DNA of 63,638 bases, taken from assembly GCA_019115045.1 (NCBI GenBank), contig DXEI01000023.1, positions 1 through 63,638 of the forward strand. Reading direction: 5' to 3'. This DNA is from Candidatus Gemmiger excrementipullorum (lineage in GTDB: Bacteria; Bacillota; Clostridia; Oscillospirales; Ruminococcaceae). The notes beneath the pieces were generated by a model that did not search any database, was not told where the DNA came from, and saw nothing but the letters and a program-made list of their open reading frames with translations. Position numbers and translations under genes: made by a program. Below, one piece after another: positions 61,070 to 63,638 of the stretch (positions within the stretch are counted from its first letter, which is position 1; each line of letters opens with the position of its first letter).

Positions 61070-62278
61070 TCATTCCAGCGTAAGAAATTCCTCGCCGATC
61101 GAGCTGCGCAGTACTTCTTCGATCTGTGCGCGCGTCAGCGTAAAGTTGCCGTGCGCGGCGCCCAGTTCGTCGGTATAGTCGCGGTAGGGGTAGACGCGGA
61201 TATTTTTGTACCCCGCCTCATACTGGGTCACGACGCCGTGCAGTTTGGGGTTTTGCATCTCGACGGTGACGGCGCCGTCGGGCGCGGTCGTTTTTTGGAA
61301 GGTGATGTCCAGCACTGCGCCGATCATATTGTCCGGCTGCGACTGGGCGTTGATAAAATTGCCCAGGCTGTAGGCGACAAACGCCGTGTTGCCGTTTGCG
61401 CCGGTCAGCCACCGGGCGGTCTGCGTCACATGCGGGTGGGTGCCGATGATGAGGTCGACGCCCTGGTCGGCCAGCCACTGGGCGGTCTGGGTCTGGAACT
61501 CCGTCGTCTCGTGGCTGCCCTCGACACCCCAATGGCAGCTGACGACGAGCACGTCGCAGTTGGGGCGCATGGCGGCGATCTGCGCGGCGATCGTCTCGCG
61601 GTCGTCGAGGTAGATGACGCCATAGTCAGAACCTTCCGGCGTCGGCAGGCCGTTGGTGGATTCGGTGTAGGAAAGATAGCCGAACGTGATGCCGTTGACG
61701 GTCTGGTAAACGTAATCGTCATAGCTTTCCAGGTTATAGAACCCGGCGACCGCCACATCGTCCGGCATGGCGGCCCAATGCGCGCGCGAAGCGGCGATGC
61801 CTTCGGCCCCTTTGTCGTAGCTGTGGTTGTTGGAGACGCTGAACACGCGGAAGCCCAAGTCGTACAGTGTGTCGGTGATGTCGCCGGGGGTCGAGAACAT
61901 CGGGTAGGCGCTGGGCGCGAACGCATCGTTGACGAGGGTCTCCTGGTTGAGCCAGTTCACGTCAAACTGCTGGTAAAACTCCCGCATCGGGGCGTAGGCC
62001 TCGGTAAAATCGTAGGCGCCATCCTCGCCCCGGTTGCGTGCCTGCAGGTAGATGCCGTCGTGGATCAGGTTGTCGCCGGTGGCCGAAAACCGCACCGTCT
62101 GCACCAGCGGCGTCGGTTCCGGCGTAGGGGAGGGCGTGGGGGCCGGGGTGGCCGCGGGCGTCGGCGTGGGGGCCCAGGGGCCCAGCTGCCGCTCGTTCAT
62201 AAAAGCGCCGGTCAATACGCCGCCCACGCCCAGCGCGATCAACACGCAGGCGGCGATCTCATTTCCTCTTAAACGCAT
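61070..62278 (-). CDS. CapA family (PGA_cap) metallophosphoesterase-fold protein, membrane anchored
   Basis: GDNLIH, NQET, SNNHSYD, HWG, GTHPHV, YSLGNF; TM segment plus Pro/Thr linker. Confidence 0.88.
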   Translation of the reverse strand: MRLRGNEIAACVLIALGVGGVLTGAFMNERQLGPWAPTPTPAATPAPTPSPTPEPTPLVQTVRFSATGDNLIHDGIYLQARNRGEDGAYDFTEAYAPMREFYQQFDVNWLNQETLVNDAFAPSAYPMFSTPGDITDTLYDLGFRVFSVSNNHSYDKGAEGIAASRAHWAAMPDDVAVAGFYNLESYDDYVYQTVNGITFGYLSYTESTNGLPTPEGSDYGVIYLDDRETIAAQIAAMRPNCDVLVVSCHWGVEGSHETTEFQTQTAQWLADQGVDLIIGTHPHVTQTARWLTGANGNTAFVAYSLGNFINAQSQPDNMIGAVLDITFQKTTAPDGAVTVEMQNPKLHGVVTQYEAGYKNIRVYPYRDYTDELGAAHGNFTLTRAQIEEVLRSSIGEEFLTLE

Positions 62279-63036
62279 GACAGTCTCCCGCGCAGCAAAT
62301 CGCTCATCGTGTAATACCCGGGGGCCTGCCCGGCCAGGAACAGCGCCGCCTGGACCGCGCCGTCGGCAAAGACGCCGCGGCTGCCGGCGCTGTGCTGCAG
62401 CGTCAGCACTTCCTCCGGCCCGCAAAAGAGCACTTCGTGCTCGCCGACGATGCCGCCGCCGCGCACCGCGCTGATGCCGAGCTCCTGCGCGCCGCGCTGC
62501 TGGCGCACCTGGGTGCGGTCGTAGACATATTCGTAGCGGCCGCCGGCTTCTTCGTTGATAGCGTCGGCGATCATCAGCGCTGTGCCGCTGGGCGCGTCAA
62601 GTTTGTTGCGGTGGTGTTTTTCGACGATCTCAATGTCAAATTCGCCGCCCAGCACACGGGTGGCGCGCCGTGCCAGTTCGATCAGCACATTGACGCCCAG
62701 CGACATGTTGGCGCTGCGGAAGATCGCGGTGCGCGCACCGGCCGCTTTGAGTTCGGCTTCCTGCTCTGCGGTAAGCCCGGTCGAGCAGATGACGCAGGGC
62801 AGGCCGTTTTCTGCGCCGTAGCGGGCGGCGGCCACCGCCCCCGCGGGGGCGGAAAAGTCGATGATGACCCCGCGGCAGGGCAGCTGGGCAAAGTCGGTGT
62901 ACACGGGGATCGCCCCGACCTGGCCCGCTTCCCGGTCGACGCCGGCCACGACGCGGCAGTCGCTGCGCGCGGCGATCTTTTCGGCAAGGGTGCGGCCCAT
63001 GCGGCCGTAGATGCCCTGTAGAATGATATCCGTCAT
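62269..63036 (-). CDS. dapB: 4-hydroxy-tetrahydrodipicolinate reductase
   Basis: GIYGRMG, IDFS, NMSLGVN, EKHHRNKLDAPSGTA. Confidence 0.96.
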   Translation of the reverse strand: MTDIILQGIYGRMGRTLAEKIAARSDCRVVAGVDREAGQVGAIPVYTDFAQLPCRGVIIDFSAPAGAVAAARYGAENGLPCVICSTGLTAEQEAELKAAGARTAIFRSANMSLGVNVLIELARRATRVLGGEFDIEIVEKHHRNKLDAPSGTALMIADAINEEAGGRYEYVYDRTQVRQQRGAQELGISAVRGGGIVGEHEVLFCGPEEVLTLQHSAGSRGVFADGAVQAALFLAGQAPGYYTMSDLLRGRLSCV

Positions 63037-63110
63037 AGGTTTCGGGTCCCTTTCTTTTTTGTACCATACGGCAAAGCCGGCCTGTGCAAGCTGCGCGGGC
63101 CGGCTGCGTG

Positions 63111-63638
63111 TTATTTCAGCAGTCCAAATTCCCGCAGGGCAGCTTCCAGCTGCTGCTGCACAGCAGGGGAAGGCTCCACCAGCGGCAGCCGGCAGGCGCC
63201 GGCCTGCCAGCCCAGGCGGTTCATGGCCCACTTGACGGGGATGGGGTTGACGTCGGCAAACAGCGCCTTGCACAGCGGCATGGCCTGCAGCTGCATGGCC
63301 AGGCTGCCGGCGGTATCCCCGGCAAACCACTTGGCGCACAGGTCATGGGTGAACTGCGGCGCCACGTTGGACAAAACGCTGATAACGCCTTTGCCGCCCA
63401 AGGCCAGCAGCGGCACGATCTGGTCGTCGTTGCCGGAGTAGATGTTCAACTCATCCCCGCACAGCGCGGCGATCTCGGCCACCTGGGCAATGTTGCCGCT
63501 GGCTTCCTTGACGGCATTGATATTGGGCAGTTTGGCCAGTTCCGCCAGGGTGGCGGGGGTCAGGTTGCAGCCGGTACGGCTGGGGACATTGTACAGGATG
63601 CAAGGCAGATCCACCGACTGGGCGATTGCTTTATAGTG
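63111..63638 (-). CDS. dapA: 4-hydroxy-tetrahydrodipicolinate synthase (5' end outside the window)
   Basis: LYNVPSRTG, AVKEASG, YSGND, NPIPVK, RLPL. Confidence 0.95.
   Translation of the reverse strand, partial: HYKAIAQSVDLPCILYNVPSRTGCNLTPATLAELAKLPNINAVKEASGNIAQVAEIAALCGDELNIYSGNDDQIVPLLALGGKGVISVLSNVAPQFTHDLCAKWFAGDTAGSLAMQLQAMPLCKALFADVNPIPVKWAMNRLGWQAGACRLPLVEPSPAVQQQLEAALREFGLLK

Noticed and set aside
62105-62180. Short imperfect tandem repeats
   Set aside because: They encode the Pro/Thr linker of the CapA-family protein; not a CRISPR or an independent repeat element.

Overview
This GC-rich window reads as mostly core chromosome of a spore-forming gut Firmicute, probably Oscillospiraceae/Ruminococcaceae near Gemmiger or Subdoligranulum (inferred from gene content and order). 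It opens on the edge of an integrative element. Bases 1-220 are AT-rich with paired TGCTAAT repeats and run into an orphan 3' half of tRNA-Arg(CCT) that starts exactly at the anticodon loop, which suggests an attR site. Housekeeping genes include prfA, sua5, coaE, ligA, alaS with a T-box, comEC-holA, secDF, nrdR, lon-engB-hslO, nadE and dapA/dapB, plus eight intact tRNAs. Sporulation and germination genes include yunB, a class B PBP, a gerA/B/C-like operon and two DUF421 genes. Three accessory-looking modules stand out. (1) A LytTR two-component system, a GH2 with beta-glucuronidase signatures, a doubly membrane-anchored permuted GH3, a small membrane protein and a GPH symporter. (2) A lipoprotein/MBOAT/DHHW O-acylation module. 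(3) A 33-codon small ORF, an Xre regulator, a membrane protein and a CPBP protease in one operon with a palindromic operator. No CRISPR, rRNA, transposase or integrase gene is visible. Nothing here is demonstrably a new system; the best candidates are ranked in the findings. All family assignments are by eye from motifs, not from database searches.
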